DNA of 64,000 nucleotides from Wickerhamiella versatilis (GCA_030867685.1 JAQOWU010000003.1:868001-932000); one strand, 5' to 3'; shown: positions 29,604-39,962, numbered from the stretch's first letter. Translations and numbers: made by a program. Notes: generated by a model from the letters alone, not told the origin.

Positions 29604-31025
29604 ATGAGCAACTACGTTCTATCCCAAAGCCATAAAGAGCTGATGGACTCAGCCCTTTCTAATTATGACCCAGATGTCGCAGAAATTATTGCGGATGAGA
29701 TCAAGCGTCAACGTGAAAGTGTAGTCCTTATTGCCTCTGAAAACCTGACGAGCCGTGCCGTTCTTGATGCTCTTGGAACCCCAATGAGTAACAAGTACTC
29801 GGAAGGTTATCCCGGTGCTCGTTATTACGGTGGAAATCAGCATATAGATCGTATCGAGTTGCTGTGCCAGCGTAGGGCGCTGGAAGCCTTTGGCCTTGAT
29901 CCTGAACGCTGGGGCGTCAATGTTCAGACACTCAGTGGCTCTCCAGCTAATTTGCAAGTCTACCAGGCTCTGATGCCTGGCACACATGGCCGTTTGATGG
30001 GCCTTGATCTGCCACATGGAGGTCACTTGAGTCACGGCTACCAAACAGACAAGAGAAAGATTAGTGCTGTCTCTATATACTTCGAGACCATGCCTTATCG
30101 AGTTGATCCAGAGACTGGTGTCATCGATTATGAACGTCTTGAGGAAAATGCAGAGCTCTTCCGTCCTAAGGTTCTAGTTGCTGGCACCTCGGCTTATTGC
30201 CGCCTTATCGACTACAAGCGGATGCGTGAAATTGCGGATAAGGTGGGTGCATACCTTGTTGTTGATATGGCTCACATCTCAGGTCTAGTTGCTGCTGGCG
30301 TCATCCCGAGTCCATTCGAATATGCTGATGTTGTTACTACCACCACCCACAAGTCTTTAAGAGGCCCTCGTGGTGCTATGATATTCTACCGCAAGGGTGT
30401 AAAGTCTGTTAATCCTAAGACCGGAAAAGAAGAGTTATATGACCTTGAAGGGCCCATTAATTTCTCTGTATTCCCTGGTCACCAAGGTGGACCTCATAAC
30501 CATACCATCACTGCTTTATCAGTGGCCTTGAAACAAGCAAAGACCCCTGAGTTCCGTCAGTATCAAGAGCAAGTGCTCAAGAATGCTAAAGCTCTTGAGA
30601 ATGAGTTCAGGCGTCTTGGATATCGGCTTGTTAGCGATGGTACTGACTCGCATATGGTTCTGGTGAGTACAAAGAAAGAAAAGGGTGTCGATGGTGCTCG
30701 TGTTGAGCATGTTGCGGAGTTGATTAACCTTGCGCTCAACAAGAACTCTATTCCAGGAGATAAATCCGCGTTGTCGCCTGGCGGTGTTCGTATTGGCGCA
30801 CCTGCCATGACAACTCGTGGACTTGGAGAAAAGGATTTTGAGCGGATTGCTCAGTATGTTGACAAGGCCGTCAATTACTGTCAGAAGCTTCAAGGCAGTC
30901 TACCAGCCGAGGCAAACCGTTTGAAGGACTTCAAGGCGGCCGCGACAGCAGATGAGTCGGGTGAGCTTAAAGGACTGCGTGATGAAGTAGCAGCATGGGC
31001 TTCGTCTTACCCACTACCATATTAA
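29604..31025 (+). CDS. SHM2: Cytosolic serine hydroxymethyltransferase
   Basis: [34 protein letters not shown] (PLP Lys), [11 protein letters not shown]; no presequence. Confidence 0.97.
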   Translation: MSNYVLSQSHKELMDSALSNYDPDVAEIIADEIKRQRESVVLIASENLTSRAVLDALGTPMSNKYSEGYPGARYYGGNQHIDRIELLCQRRALEAFGLDPERWGVNVQTLSGSPANLQVYQALMPGTHGRLMGLDLPHGGHLSHGYQTDKRKISAVSIYFETMPYRVDPETGVIDYERLEENAELFRPKVLVAGTSAYCRLIDYKRMREIADKVGAYLVVDMAHISGLVAAGVIPSPFEYADVVTTTTHKSLRGPRGAMIFYRKGVKSVNPKTGKEELYDLEGPINFSVFPGHQGGPHNHTITALSVALKQAKTPEFRQYQEQVLKNAKALENEFRRLGYRLVSDGTDSHMVLVSTKKEKGVDGARVEHVAELINLALNKNSIPGDKSALSPGGVRIGAPAMTTRGLGEKDFERIAQYVDKAVNYCQKLQGSLPAEANRLKDFKAAATADESGELKGLRDEVAAWASSYPLPY

Positions 31026-31398
31026 ATGAAGAGTAACCGACTTTCAACATATCATGACACCATCAACTGGTTTAGAATCGTAAAATCAAGAGTATAACGA
31101 GTAATTTTTTAAGACTGAAACTTGAATAGCAAGCAAATTGCAATTTGAAATAGAAAGTAAGGCATAAAGAGAAGGTATGATGCTGTGTACGTCTTTTACT
31201 AACTATCAATTATCGAGTTAAATAGAACGTTTTGAAAAACACTATATACATTTTACATGCTCTTATAAGACTTAATGAAATTTTAATTTTTTTTTCTCAA
31301 ACTCAACGCATAAGGAAGTGCCTTCTTTCTTGCGTTATGAACAAGTATCGTTTGACACTCATACATAGTAGTAGCCAATGTGCTGATGTAATGAAGTC

Positions 31399-31944
31399 AT
31401 GCTTGTCCTCACAGTAGCTGATGCTCATATCCCAGAAAGGGCCAATGAAATACCGCAGGAATTCCAAAAGCTCCTTATTCCAGGGCGTATCTCTGAAATA
31501 CTTAATGCTGGCAATATATCAGAGCACGTTGTTGACACATATCTGGCACCAGTAACCTCCAAAATTACCTCAGTCCAAGGGGAGTTCGATGCCGAAGGTC
31601 CACTTTGTAAAGTTCTACAAATTGGAGGGCTGCGAATTGGAATTGTCAGCGCTTTCTGTATAGTTCCTAATGATGACCCTGATGCTCTTTTGACTGAGGC
31701 TCGAAGAATTGAGGTTGACATTTTAATATGGGGAGGAAGTCACCACCTTGAAACCTTTGAACTTGGTGGGAAGTTTTTCGTTAATCCTGGATCCATCACT
31801 GGGGCTTTCACGTCTGTGTCAGACACAGTGCTACCCTCATTTTGTCTTCTAGATATCCGTGAGAATGTCTGTGTTATCTACATATACACTCTGCATGATT
31901 CTGGCGTCAAGGTAGAGCGCGTAACGTACCAGCCGGAGCAATGA
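31399..31944 (+). CDS. VPS29: Retromer subunit Vps29
   Basis: MLVLTVADAHIPERA, KLLIPGRI, FFVNPGSITGAF, PSFCLLDI. Confidence 0.95.
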   Translation: MLVLTVADAHIPERANEIPQEFQKLLIPGRISEILNAGNISEHVVDTYLAPVTSKITSVQGEFDAEGPLCKVLQIGGLRIGIVSAFCIVPNDDPDALLTEARRIEVDILIWGGSHHLETFELGGKFFVNPGSITGAFTSVSDTVLPSFCLLDIRENVCVIYIYTLHDSGVKVERVTYQPEQ

Positions 31945-32370
31945 AATCGAGTTCGGCTGGTCACAATTATTGCTGAGAAAGTAGTTTTTCAGCCGGTTTC
32001 CATTTTCCGCATGACCTTGCTCGGCCTCTAGTAGTTGATGTTACCTACACTGAACGAGGTGAAACTTCAATATTATGGGTATAATACCGAGAAATCCCAT
32101 TATAGTTGAATATACCAAATCTTATCTATTTCGTTGCTGGCTACTGTGCACGGCCAAATTGTCTCATTACTATTATTGCTGCAAAATATGTAAAATTAAT
32201 GTCATAGAACAAAAGGCTACGCATACTTACTACACGGAAATGACGTTCAAAACCTACATTTGACTCTGCCTTACCTAAATTCTGTCTACTACTTTAGGGC
32301 TCGGGCGATTTGCTGACACTGAAAAACATTCGCTCTTGTGGTGGATGATGTGTTGAACATAATAGTGACG

Positions 32371-32477
32371 GTAAGTGGATGATGACTTGAGTGCATTTGG
32401 CTCGAGACGTTACGGCGTCGGTGTGGAAAAACCCAAGCTACCTTATATTTTCTGTCTGACAGCACTAACTGATGTAG
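32371..32477 (+). other. Spliceosomal intron of a non-coding snoRNA host transcript
   Basis: 5' splice site GTAAGT 32371-32376, branch point CACTAAC 32463-32469, 3' splice site TAG 32475-32477. The flanks have no meaningful ORF. Confidence 0.65.
32377..32461 (+). ncRNA. snR13: Box C/D snoRNA, snR13-like (25S Am2280/2281 guide)
   Basis: Box C ATGATGA 32379-32385; GAGTGCATTTGGCTCGAG pairs with 25S AGCCAAAUGC; short hairpin GACGT..GGCGTC; CGGTGTGGAAAAACCCAAGCTACCTT; box D CTGA 32456-32459. These blocks match yeast snR13 as I recall it. Confidence 0.9.
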
Positions 32478-32664
32478 GTAGTCTAGGGATGGAGCAATCT
32501 CGATGTATGGCTGGTCAACATATATGGTCAGACTAGAACTTTTAGATTCAAATTAGTTACGTTACATTATATACCGACTTAAATAAAGTGAAGCCACAAT
32601 AAGAACCGAGAAAAAACTTTCACGGGTAATGATGAACAAAAAAGGCTTTGTCTTTCGGGATAAG

Positions 32665-33051
32665 TTATGCCTTGTGAATTTCTGATGTCGCTGAGACAAG
32701 CTCTAAAACCTTGGCACCCCATGGATCGCTATCAGAAGGCGGTTGCGCATTTCCCCATACCACGAGATGTTCAAATCGGTCTAAAGCAGTATGATCTAAT
32801 GACCTAGTATCCTCCTCATCTCGATTGTCAGTTGATTCCAATACCACTCCTGTATAACCAGGAACCTTGTACTGTCGGCCTTCTAAAGGTCGGCCTCTTA
32901 GATCTGCAGATAGAGTACCATTTGCCTCTTCTTTGACATGAAATTTCGATGCATCCACGGTACAGTCGCGTTCTACGTGACAAGGTAGTACATGACAATG
33001 TGATTTTGGTGTCAAAGAAGGAGCAGCCCCTACATGTTCACGTTCGATCAT
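32665..33051 (-). CDS. RNH203: Ribonuclease H2 subunit C
   Basis: HVLPCHV, ADLRGRPLEG, VPGYTGVVL, FEHLVVWG, DPW, terminal IH motifs. Confidence 0.88.
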   Translation of the reverse strand: MIEREHVGAAPSLTPKSHCHVLPCHVERDCTVDASKFHVKEEANGTLSADLRGRPLEGRQYKVPGYTGVVLESTDNRDEEDTRSLDHTALDRFEHLVVWGNAQPPSDSDPWGAKVLELVSATSEIHKA

Positions 33052-33563
33052 TGTAACTCCTCCCTCCTAGTTTGGTTAGTTTGGGTACGGTCGGTCACGT
33101 GCTTTCCGAAAAGAACTGAATTTATTCCTTTCCTCACGATAGTAAGGTCCTTAAGGCGTGGTGTAATTCTAGGAAAGACAACAATAAGTTCATCTGCATC
33201 TTCCAAAATAATTTGAAGGATAAATATCACACTAAACCCATGGAAAATTTCATTAATTACGATGCCCCTCAACTTTGACAAAGGGAAGAAATGTACAGAG
33301 TCTGAAAGCCAAAATATGCGTCCACGTTGTTCCAGCTGGACTCCAATCTTTTCCAGTGCTATCACGCTGTCAGATTGTCTTAATCTTATCATGAGTGCCA
33401 CCACGCCAATCACACAGGCCATTCCATAGCTTCGGTGGAATACTTTCCACAGAGCCACGGCTATAAGAGAAAGCTTTATTACACTTTGCACTGGACCAAC
33501 CGTTTCATACGCTGTGTAACATGCTGAACCTGGACGATGATCATCTACCACAACCTGTGTCAT
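33048..33563 (-). CDS. GPI15: GPI-GlcNAc transferase subunit PIG-H
   Basis: Two TM segments followed by DSVIALEKIGVQL, FFPLSKLRGIVINE, LIVVFPRITPRLKDL. Confidence 0.88.
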   Translation of the reverse strand: MTQVVVDDHRPGSACYTAYETVGPVQSVIKLSLIAVALWKVFHRSYGMACVIGVVALMIRLRQSDSVIALEKIGVQLEQRGRIFWLSDSVHFFPLSKLRGIVINEIFHGFSVIFILQIILEDADELIVVFPRITPRLKDLTIVRKGINSVLFGKHVTDRTQTNQTRREELQ

Positions 33564-33895
33564 CCGTGTCCAGGTCCATCACGAGAACCGCTGTGAGTAA
33601 CAAATCAAATTGCCCTATTAATGAGTTATTTCCTTCTGCCATGAATTATCCAACTAATATGCATTATATATGAACTGTAGAACGTCGCAAAGATTAAAAA
33701 AAGAGCAACAATTAACCAGTGCAATCCAACTTGCAGCAGGATAATTTAAGGATCTACTACGGAAGAAATATCACTTACTACTGATAAAACTTTTTAATTA
33801 GGAGCCTTCGTACGCCCTTTAAGCTCGTTGCAAGTCGCTATGACGATGCTAGCTACCTCTGAAACCTTACAAAGAATAATAACAATTTAGTGGGT

Positions 33896-35488
33896 ATGCT
33901 TACCCGTCAGTATCCGGGGCTACGGGAATTCCCTGGCTTGTACGTTGACGATTTTCGACCATGCCACCCGCTACCCCAGCTCTGTCTGTTGACTCATGCC
34001 CACAGTGACCATTTAATGGGTCTCGAGAGGCAATCCTATCGTGGACCGTTAGTATACTGTACCCATGCCACTAGAGCAATAGTTTTGGGTCTACGGAAAG
34101 ATGGAGGAGCTGGAAAGTTGAAGTTTCAGCATCTCAGGAGGGAACATGGAGGGGTCGATGTTCTTCAACCCTTATCTTTGGAAACGCCCTATGAATTTAC
34201 CTGTGATAATGAACCCCTGCAAGTCACTCTATTAGATGCTAACCACTGTCCTGGATCGTGTATGTTTCTAATACAATCTACACGTAAGGCTGTTTTATTC
34301 ACTGGAGATGTACGTTGCGAGCGATGGCATGTTGACGCTCTGCGGCATAATCCTGCTTTGCTCAATTTCACCCTAGGAAATCGTAAAGCTCTCTCTTTAT
34401 ACATTGATAATACTTTTGAGGAGCACGCTGACCCATTCAAGTCTTATCAAGGCAATTTTGACGGTATAAGTGACTTGTGTAAACTTGCAAGTCGTTATCC
34501 GAAGCACACTCATTTTGCAGCTGTAAGACTTACTCTCGGTTATGAAGAGGTACTCATAGCATTAGCCTCACAACTTCAAACCAGAATACATATGGATCCT
34601 TACTGGTATCATCTGTATTCCTCTGCAGCCCCCTGGTCTCCCGTTGCAAAACTCCTCATCGCAAACAGTACAATGGATATTGATAATTCCCGTTTACATT
34701 GGTGTTGTAAAAACAATCGTTGCGGGGTACGCAATGAGAATACCACTGTTTACTTCAATTCATTCGTAACAATAAACGCGAATGCGGTGGAGGCAAACAA
34801 TGAGGCGCTTAAAGTCAGTGACTTCTTCGCTGTGCCACAGAACACAATTGATAAACAATCACTTGCTGTTCCGGTATTCACAGAACCTCAAACAATGGCA
34901 CGTTACCTGCTTGCTGAAGACTGTGAAACTCTCTTACCAGGACACATTTTATTCTATTTTAGTCGGCATGCCAGCTACCCTGAACTTTGTGATTTCGTCA
35001 GTCTTTTTGACGTACAGAATATATGCTCCATACGGGGCCAGCGTATTGAAAGTATGCAGCGCTTCTGTAAGTTGTCTGAAGAAGCCGCAAGATCAATATC
35101 ATCAGGCGTTCAGAAACGAAAGCGTGCTACTGCCTTGATCTCATCGATTAAAGCATTACCGATTCATAAAAAACAATCTCAACCATCGAAACCTAGCCAT
35201 GATGCGTCCTTACTGTCGTCGAGCGGAAGAGATCATAGCGAAGTCCTTCTGTTCCTCAACCGCCAATGCCATTCTTCTACTAGTGATCATAAGAACACCC
35301 AATATATTCCTGATTGCGATACACAAGAGGATATAGAGCCTCTCCAAGACAACAATTGTGATAATCAGGCTCAATATTCGCTTCCAAGCCCTCCTCCGGA
35401 CTCTATGCCAAGCTTGGAGCAGCGGTTGCGCGAAAATCCTGAATTGTGGTTCGAGCTCACATTCGACTTTAGAGTTAATGAGAATTGA
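33896..35488 (+). CDS. Metallo-beta-lactamase/beta-CASP nuclease, Artemis (DCLRE1C)-like SNM1 family
   Basis: LREFPGLYVDDF, THAHSDHLMGL, LLDANHCPGSCMFL, LFTGDVR, LYIDNTF, LGYEEV, FSRHASYPEL. First ATG at 33896. Confidence 0.85.
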   Translation: MLTRQYPGLREFPGLYVDDFRPCHPLPQLCLLTHAHSDHLMGLERQSYRGPLVYCTHATRAIVLGLRKDGGAGKLKFQHLRREHGGVDVLQPLSLETPYEFTCDNEPLQVTLLDANHCPGSCMFLIQSTRKAVLFTGDVRCERWHVDALRHNPALLNFTLGNRKALSLYIDNTFEEHADPFKSYQGNFDGISDLCKLASRYPKHTHFAAVRLTLGYEEVLIALASQLQTRIHMDPYWYHLYSSAAPWSPVAKLLIANSTMDIDNSRLHWCCKNNRCGVRNENTTVYFNSFVTINANAVEANNEALKVSDFFAVPQNTIDKQSLAVPVFTEPQTMARYLLAEDCETLLPGHILFYFSRHASYPELCDFVSLFDVQNICSIRGQRIESMQRFCKLSEEAARSISSGVQKRKRATALISSIKALPIHKKQSQPSKPSHDASLLSSSGRDHSEVLLFLNRQCHSSTSDHKNTQYIPDCDTQEDIEPLQDNNCDNQAQYSLPSPPPDSMPSLEQRLRENPELWFELTFDFRVNEN

Positions 35489-35607
35489 TGACTTTTATGA
35501 TTTTATGATTATTGACACACAGCAACATAATGATAAAAATTTATTATAAAAAAATAGCGTTTCGTCCACTAAGCGGTATTTAAAAGAATAAATATTGTTT
35601 AATATGA

Positions 35608-37083
35608 TCAATTTGCGATGGTATTGTGAGCCTTAATAGGCTCTATATTTGGTCGACTTTCGTGCTGGCGCTGTTTATCCTCCTGCTGCGCTCTATTTTT
35701 CATTTGCTCCGTTTCTAACAAGTTCCTTTCATGCTCTTCTCTTACGAGTTTCAAGTCTTCTTCAAAGCTACGAATGTCCTGAATTCCCACGCCCGATATT
35801 CTTTCATAATCTTTTGCACTCACCCTCCTACGATGAACGAGATACATTTGAACTAGTGTAGGATTACGGCGTTCCTCGTACTTGAATTTTGTCTTGATTT
35901 GATGCCGAGAGCGATTGGGAAACATATGTGCAATGAGGTTGAAATCGGTACCCCATGCACTCAGAGCTTGATAAAAGATTTCAGTCTCTTCCGCAGACCA
36001 ACGCTCAGGCCTTTCTTTGCTTGAGAAACTATAGGAATTTATAACATTTGCATATTTGCGCAATTCCACCGTTTCCTTGGGGTTTTCTGAATTTGCCATA
36101 TTGTGTTCGTGCCGATTGATTTGCGAAGTCCGTAATTGGATGGTACCATCAGCACCTCTTTCAAGCTGTGGTACTGCCGCATATTGTTGTGATTGGTTTT
36201 CTTGATCCATTGCTTGAAGTTGCTCTTGGGCCTCTTCCTTGACTTTACCGAACCTTTCATCCCTTTCAGAACGCCATCCAAGATAGAGACTCTCAAGTTC
36301 TTCACGCTCCTCTGGTCTTTTTGGATCATACTTGCCACGAAACATCTGCTTGGCTTTCAGTATTCGAGCACGATATCGTTTACGGGACATGCGAGCTTCT
36401 TCATATGCATTGAAATCTTCATTCTGTTCGCCAACAGGAATATCCTGGCACAATTCAGCGAGAGTGAAAGTTTCAACGTTAATTACCCTTTGTACTTTGC
36501 GAGAAATTGGATTACCCTTCTCATCCTTCTCTCCTGTCTCTTCAATTATTTCATGTGGCTGCCTTCGTAGCAGAGGCAGATCTTCGGGCTCAACGATCAA
36601 ATTTTGATCAGAATCTCGGCGCAAAGTTCTGGGTTTCCTCTTAGCATTTTGCGATTTGGCTGAGTCTACCTCAGACGAAGATTTGGTCTTCGTCTCCTCT
36701 GGTTGTCGACTAGCTGGCTCATTTTCATGAGCATTCTTATTCTCAGGCTGTACATTTGTTTCTTGTAATCCACTAGTATCCAATTGGGTGGTACTATGCA
36801 AATGATCACCCGAGCTCACTTCGCTTTCCTCCTCCAAAGTACTGATCCTCCGCCTTTTCGGCTCACTCTTCCCCTTTTCAATAGTAGTATCATCGTTGGA
36901 AGGTTCCTGGGAACTGATTGTCGGTCGCGACGGGATGCTCGAGGATTGCTGATCTTCACCCTGCATTGATGCATTGAAAGTCGACCCTAATGAGGACAAT
37001 CGCCGTGGCTTACCCCTGCCAGGTCCTCTGCCAGCAGCTTTGGGCACGAAGCGCGTAGAGCTTTTGTTAACAACAGAGCTCAT
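35608..37083 (-). CDS. BDP1: TFIIIB subunit B'' (Bdp1)
   Basis: MSSVVNKSSTRFVPK; SANT domain WSAEETEIFYQALSAWGTDFNLIAHMFPNRSRHQIKTKFKYEER. Confidence 0.95.
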   Translation of the reverse strand: MSSVVNKSSTRFVPKAAGRGPGRGKPRRLSSLGSTFNASMQGEDQQSSSIPSRPTISSQEPSNDDTTIEKGKSEPKRRRISTLEEESEVSSGDHLHSTTQLDTSGLQETNVQPENKNAHENEPASRQPEETKTKSSSEVDSAKSQNAKRKPRTLRRDSDQNLIVEPEDLPLLRRQPHEIIEETGEKDEKGNPISRKVQRVINVETFTLAELCQDIPVGEQNEDFNAYEEARMSRKRYRARILKAKQMFRGKYDPKRPEEREELESLYLGWRSERDERFGKVKEEAQEQLQAMDQENQSQQYAAVPQLERGADGTIQLRTSQINRHEHNMANSENPKETVELRKYANVINSYSFSSKERPERWSAEETEIFYQALSAWGTDFNLIAHMFPNRSRHQIKTKFKYEERRNPTLVQMYLVHRRRVSAKDYERISGVGIQDIRSFEEDLKLVREEHERNLLETEQMKNRAQQEDKQRQHESRPNIEPIKAHNTIAN

Positions 37084-37126
37084 ACTTGCCTCAGACAGAA
37101 AAAAATATTATGTAAGAACACCGCTG

Positions 37127-38092
37127 ATGAAGGCTAGCCAGGATATTCTCGTTCGTGAAGGAGAATATATCACTCTTTTGGCCTCATCATCCTTGTTTTT
37201 ATACGGGGTATTGGGTAATGGAGGCCTCTTTTTAACAGACTTTATGCTACAGTCTCACAGTCTCGTATTCAATGGCGATCAGCCAATAATAGGGTTGTCT
37301 ACACTGCCTTCCAGTAATTTTGTCGTATTTGGAGATGTAACTGGTGTGGTAAGGTATGGAGATCCTAGTAGGTGGAATACTTTTACCATTGGGTCACCGC
37401 TATCAAGTCTGAGTTTGGCGCCGGATGGTTACAGATTGGCTGTGGGTACAGAACTTGCAGATGGGGATGCAGGAGTTCAGGTATTCGATCTCAGGAATAC
37501 GAAGGAGCCTCTAGTGAAGTATATGGATAGCCATAATGACGATGTAACGGATGTAAGATTTCATCCGTCGCAACCAAATAAACTGGTCAGTGGGTCTACA
37601 GATGGAATCGTGAATGTATATGATTTAAATATAACTGATGAGAGTGAGGCTGTTACACATGCGTTTAATCATGATGCGTCAATTCATAGATGTGGCTTTT
37701 TGGATGAGCCACGTGTGTTCGCACTCAGTCATATGGAAACGTTAGCAGTTTATGAGGCAACAGACGAAAATACTGAAACAAAGGACTTTGGCGATATTCG
37801 AGAGGCGTGGAACTGCCAGTATGTAGCTGATTATGATGGTGGCTGTTTCCTCGTGGGATCTAACGACAATCAGTGGCTCAAATTGATACCTTTCCAAGAT
37901 GAACAGCCAATGGACCCAATAAATTTGGAAGGAGGGCATGGCGAGGAAGTTGTGAGGGCATTTGCTTTCCACCCGACATCACCTGAACTTGTTTACACGG
38001 CCGGGGAAGATGGACATGTTAAGCTTTGGACCACCCCTATGGCCAAAACAGCCAAAAGTCAGCGACCCCGAAAGAGGCATGTACCCTATTAA
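37127..38092 (+). CDS. WD40 protein, WDR89/YNL035C-like
   Basis: LAVGTEL, DSHNDDVTDVRFHPS, SGSTDGIVNVYD, ALSHMET, GHGEEVVR, YTAGEDGHVKLW. First ATG at 37127. Confidence 0.88.
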   Translation: MKASQDILVREGEYITLLASSSLFLYGVLGNGGLFLTDFMLQSHSLVFNGDQPIIGLSTLPSSNFVVFGDVTGVVRYGDPSRWNTFTIGSPLSSLSLAPDGYRLAVGTELADGDAGVQVFDLRNTKEPLVKYMDSHNDDVTDVRFHPSQPNKLVSGSTDGIVNVYDLNITDESEAVTHAFNHDASIHRCGFLDEPRVFALSHMETLAVYEATDENTETKDFGDIREAWNCQYVADYDGGCFLVGSNDNQWLKLIPFQDEQPMDPINLEGGHGEEVVRAFAFHPTSPELVYTAGEDGHVKLWTTPMAKTAKSQRPRKRHVPY

Positions 38093-38259
38093 CTACTTGT
38101 ACTATAATTGAATATGCAGGATATATTCCAGGAAAGGTAACCTTTTGATAGCGCTTTTGGTCAGATCTAATAATAGAGCATGTAATATCTTTCATCATCT
38201 CACGTAGGTCTTCGATGTCCTGTAAATCTCTAAAATTATTATCCTTTTACGCAAATATT

Positions 38260-39495
38260 TTACACCATATCTTCAATGATTTGTTGTAGTTCATCAAGGG
38301 CATATGGCACAAAAACTATTTCACGACCTTGGCGGTTTTTTAGGCGCTCTGCCATTTTATGTTCAAAGAACTCGGTTAACAAAACTTTGAAATTAAGCTC
38401 GCTAGACACAACAAAGTCGCGGACACATCTTCCATATAGCTCGTCCATAGGGATCCCATGTTGAACAGCGCCAATTGTGTTGGGATCCTCAATTCCCATT
38501 CCCACCATTTTTTCGTATTGCGCAGTCACCAAGTTCTGAAACAGCGCTCGTGCATTGCTGGTCAATGACTGAAGAACGTAACCAACACCACGTGCACCCA
38601 TGGCTGCCTGATTCCTACCCAATCCCAAAACATTTTCATATGCAGTTTCCAGTGTGTATGGGACCAAGGTAGGAGTATGATGCCAGCAAAAGTTCATATG
38701 CGTCCGTTGGCTCTCAGAATAGAGCAACGAAGAGTTGATATGATCAACTGAAGCTATTAAGGTAGCACGAGGGGACTCTGCAATGCGCGAAATAAATGCT
38801 CTTGTCTTGTCATCTCTCAGTGAACGTCCATCGAGATTGTGAATAACCAAAATTAACCGCTGGTTAGTGTTTTCCAACCACTTCAAGAGGAGAGGAATCC
38901 GTTCTGATGGTTGTCGTGGCCACGAAGCTGCTGTTTCCATGTCAACTACCCCAGATGTCGATGCTTGTACAATTTCTTTAAGTGTTGTGGCAGGATTATA
39001 ACCGTTAGCTATAACAACAGTACCATCTGGGTCCCACCATTCCAGGAAATCCATTATGAGTCCTCTTTTTGACCCTACTCCGTAAAACAAATTCGAGAAC
39101 CCAGATTCAAGTTCCAAAGCCCATTGCGCGTAAAATTTAGAGAAGGAGTGCAACATTTGACTTGAGACCTGCTGAACACGCGAGGGCTGGTCCTGAACAA
39201 ATTTAACATATTCGGCATGACTGATTTCCGCAACACGAGTGAATGGGGTACTTACTGTGGAACTCCTCTGCTTATGTTGATCAAAGTAGCCTTCATACCC
39301 ATCGTGAAATAAAGTGTTCTCTTCTGCAGCTCGCATTGGTGGCTGTTTAGCCTTAGCTTTGTTACTTGCTACCCTGGACTTCCGGTCTTTTTTCATTTTT
39401 GGGGTAGAAGTAGGTGATCCCAATGGGGCCTTTTCTTCCTCCGACTGAGATCCTGTACTCAAATCGAACTCTTCATCATCTGGACTTACTCCCAT
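38260..39495 (-). CDS. ORC2: Origin recognition complex subunit 2 (short N-terminus)
   Basis: DGYEGYFDQ, FYGVGSKR, VIANGYNP, LVIHNLDG, LIASVDHIN, YVLQSLTSNAR, LLTEFFEHKM. First ATG at 39495. Confidence 0.95.
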   Translation of the reverse strand: MGVSPDDEEFDLSTGSQSEEEKAPLGSPTSTPKMKKDRKSRVASNKAKAKQPPMRAAEENTLFHDGYEGYFDQHKQRSSTVSTPFTRVAEISHAEYVKFVQDQPSRVQQVSSQMLHSFSKFYAQWALELESGFSNLFYGVGSKRGLIMDFLEWWDPDGTVVIANGYNPATTLKEIVQASTSGVVDMETAASWPRQPSERIPLLLKWLENTNQRLILVIHNLDGRSLRDDKTRAFISRIAESPRATLIASVDHINSSLLYSESQRTHMNFCWHHTPTLVPYTLETAYENVLGLGRNQAAMGARGVGYVLQSLTSNARALFQNLVTAQYEKMVGMGIEDPNTIGAVQHGIPMDELYGRCVRDFVVSSELNFKVLLTEFFEHKMAERLKNRQGREIVFVPYALDELQQIIEDMV

Positions 39496-39511
39496 GACAT
39501 AATCAGAGTGA

Positions 39512-39847
39512 ATGATCACTTTCTGTCCGGCATGCAGTAATATGCTACAGGTCGCCGTGGGACCTTCAGGTAACAGATTTGAGTGTGGAACTTGTGCTTA
39601 TGTCTACCCAATCGAACAAGGTGCTGCAATTTACAATAGAAAGTATATGGAACGTAAGGAAATCGATGATATCCTTGGAGGAGAAGGGTCGTGGGATAAT
39701 GTTGATCAGACGAGCTTTTTATGTCCGCAGAGCGGTTGTGAAGGGGATCGTGCGTACTTTTACCAACTTCAAATAAGATCGGCCGATGAGCCAATGACAA
39801 CATTCTATAAATGCACAAAATGCGGGCATCAATCGAGAGAAAACTGA
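39512..39847 (+). CDS. RPC11: RNA polymerase III subunit C11
   Basis: FCPACSNML, DDILGG, AYFYQLQIRSADEPMTTFYKC. Confidence 0.97.
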   Translation: MITFCPACSNMLQVAVGPSGNRFECGTCAYVYPIEQGAAIYNRKYMERKEIDDILGGEGSWDNVDQTSFLCPQSGCEGDRAYFYQLQIRSADEPMTTFYKCTKCGHQSREN

Positions 39848-39962
39848 TTTCTAGTTAAGACCATGTAAATTCCTGCATTATATACGAGGCAAACGTAAAT
39901 ATTCATGTGTATCCTAAGTAGCATACAAGCGTAAGTGTGTGTAATATCTAGTCACATCGTGA

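Noticed and set aside
36974-37126. Apparent 110-bp overlap of BDP1 and the WD40 gene
   Set aside because: Artefact of a TTG start in the ORF track; the first ATG is at 37127.
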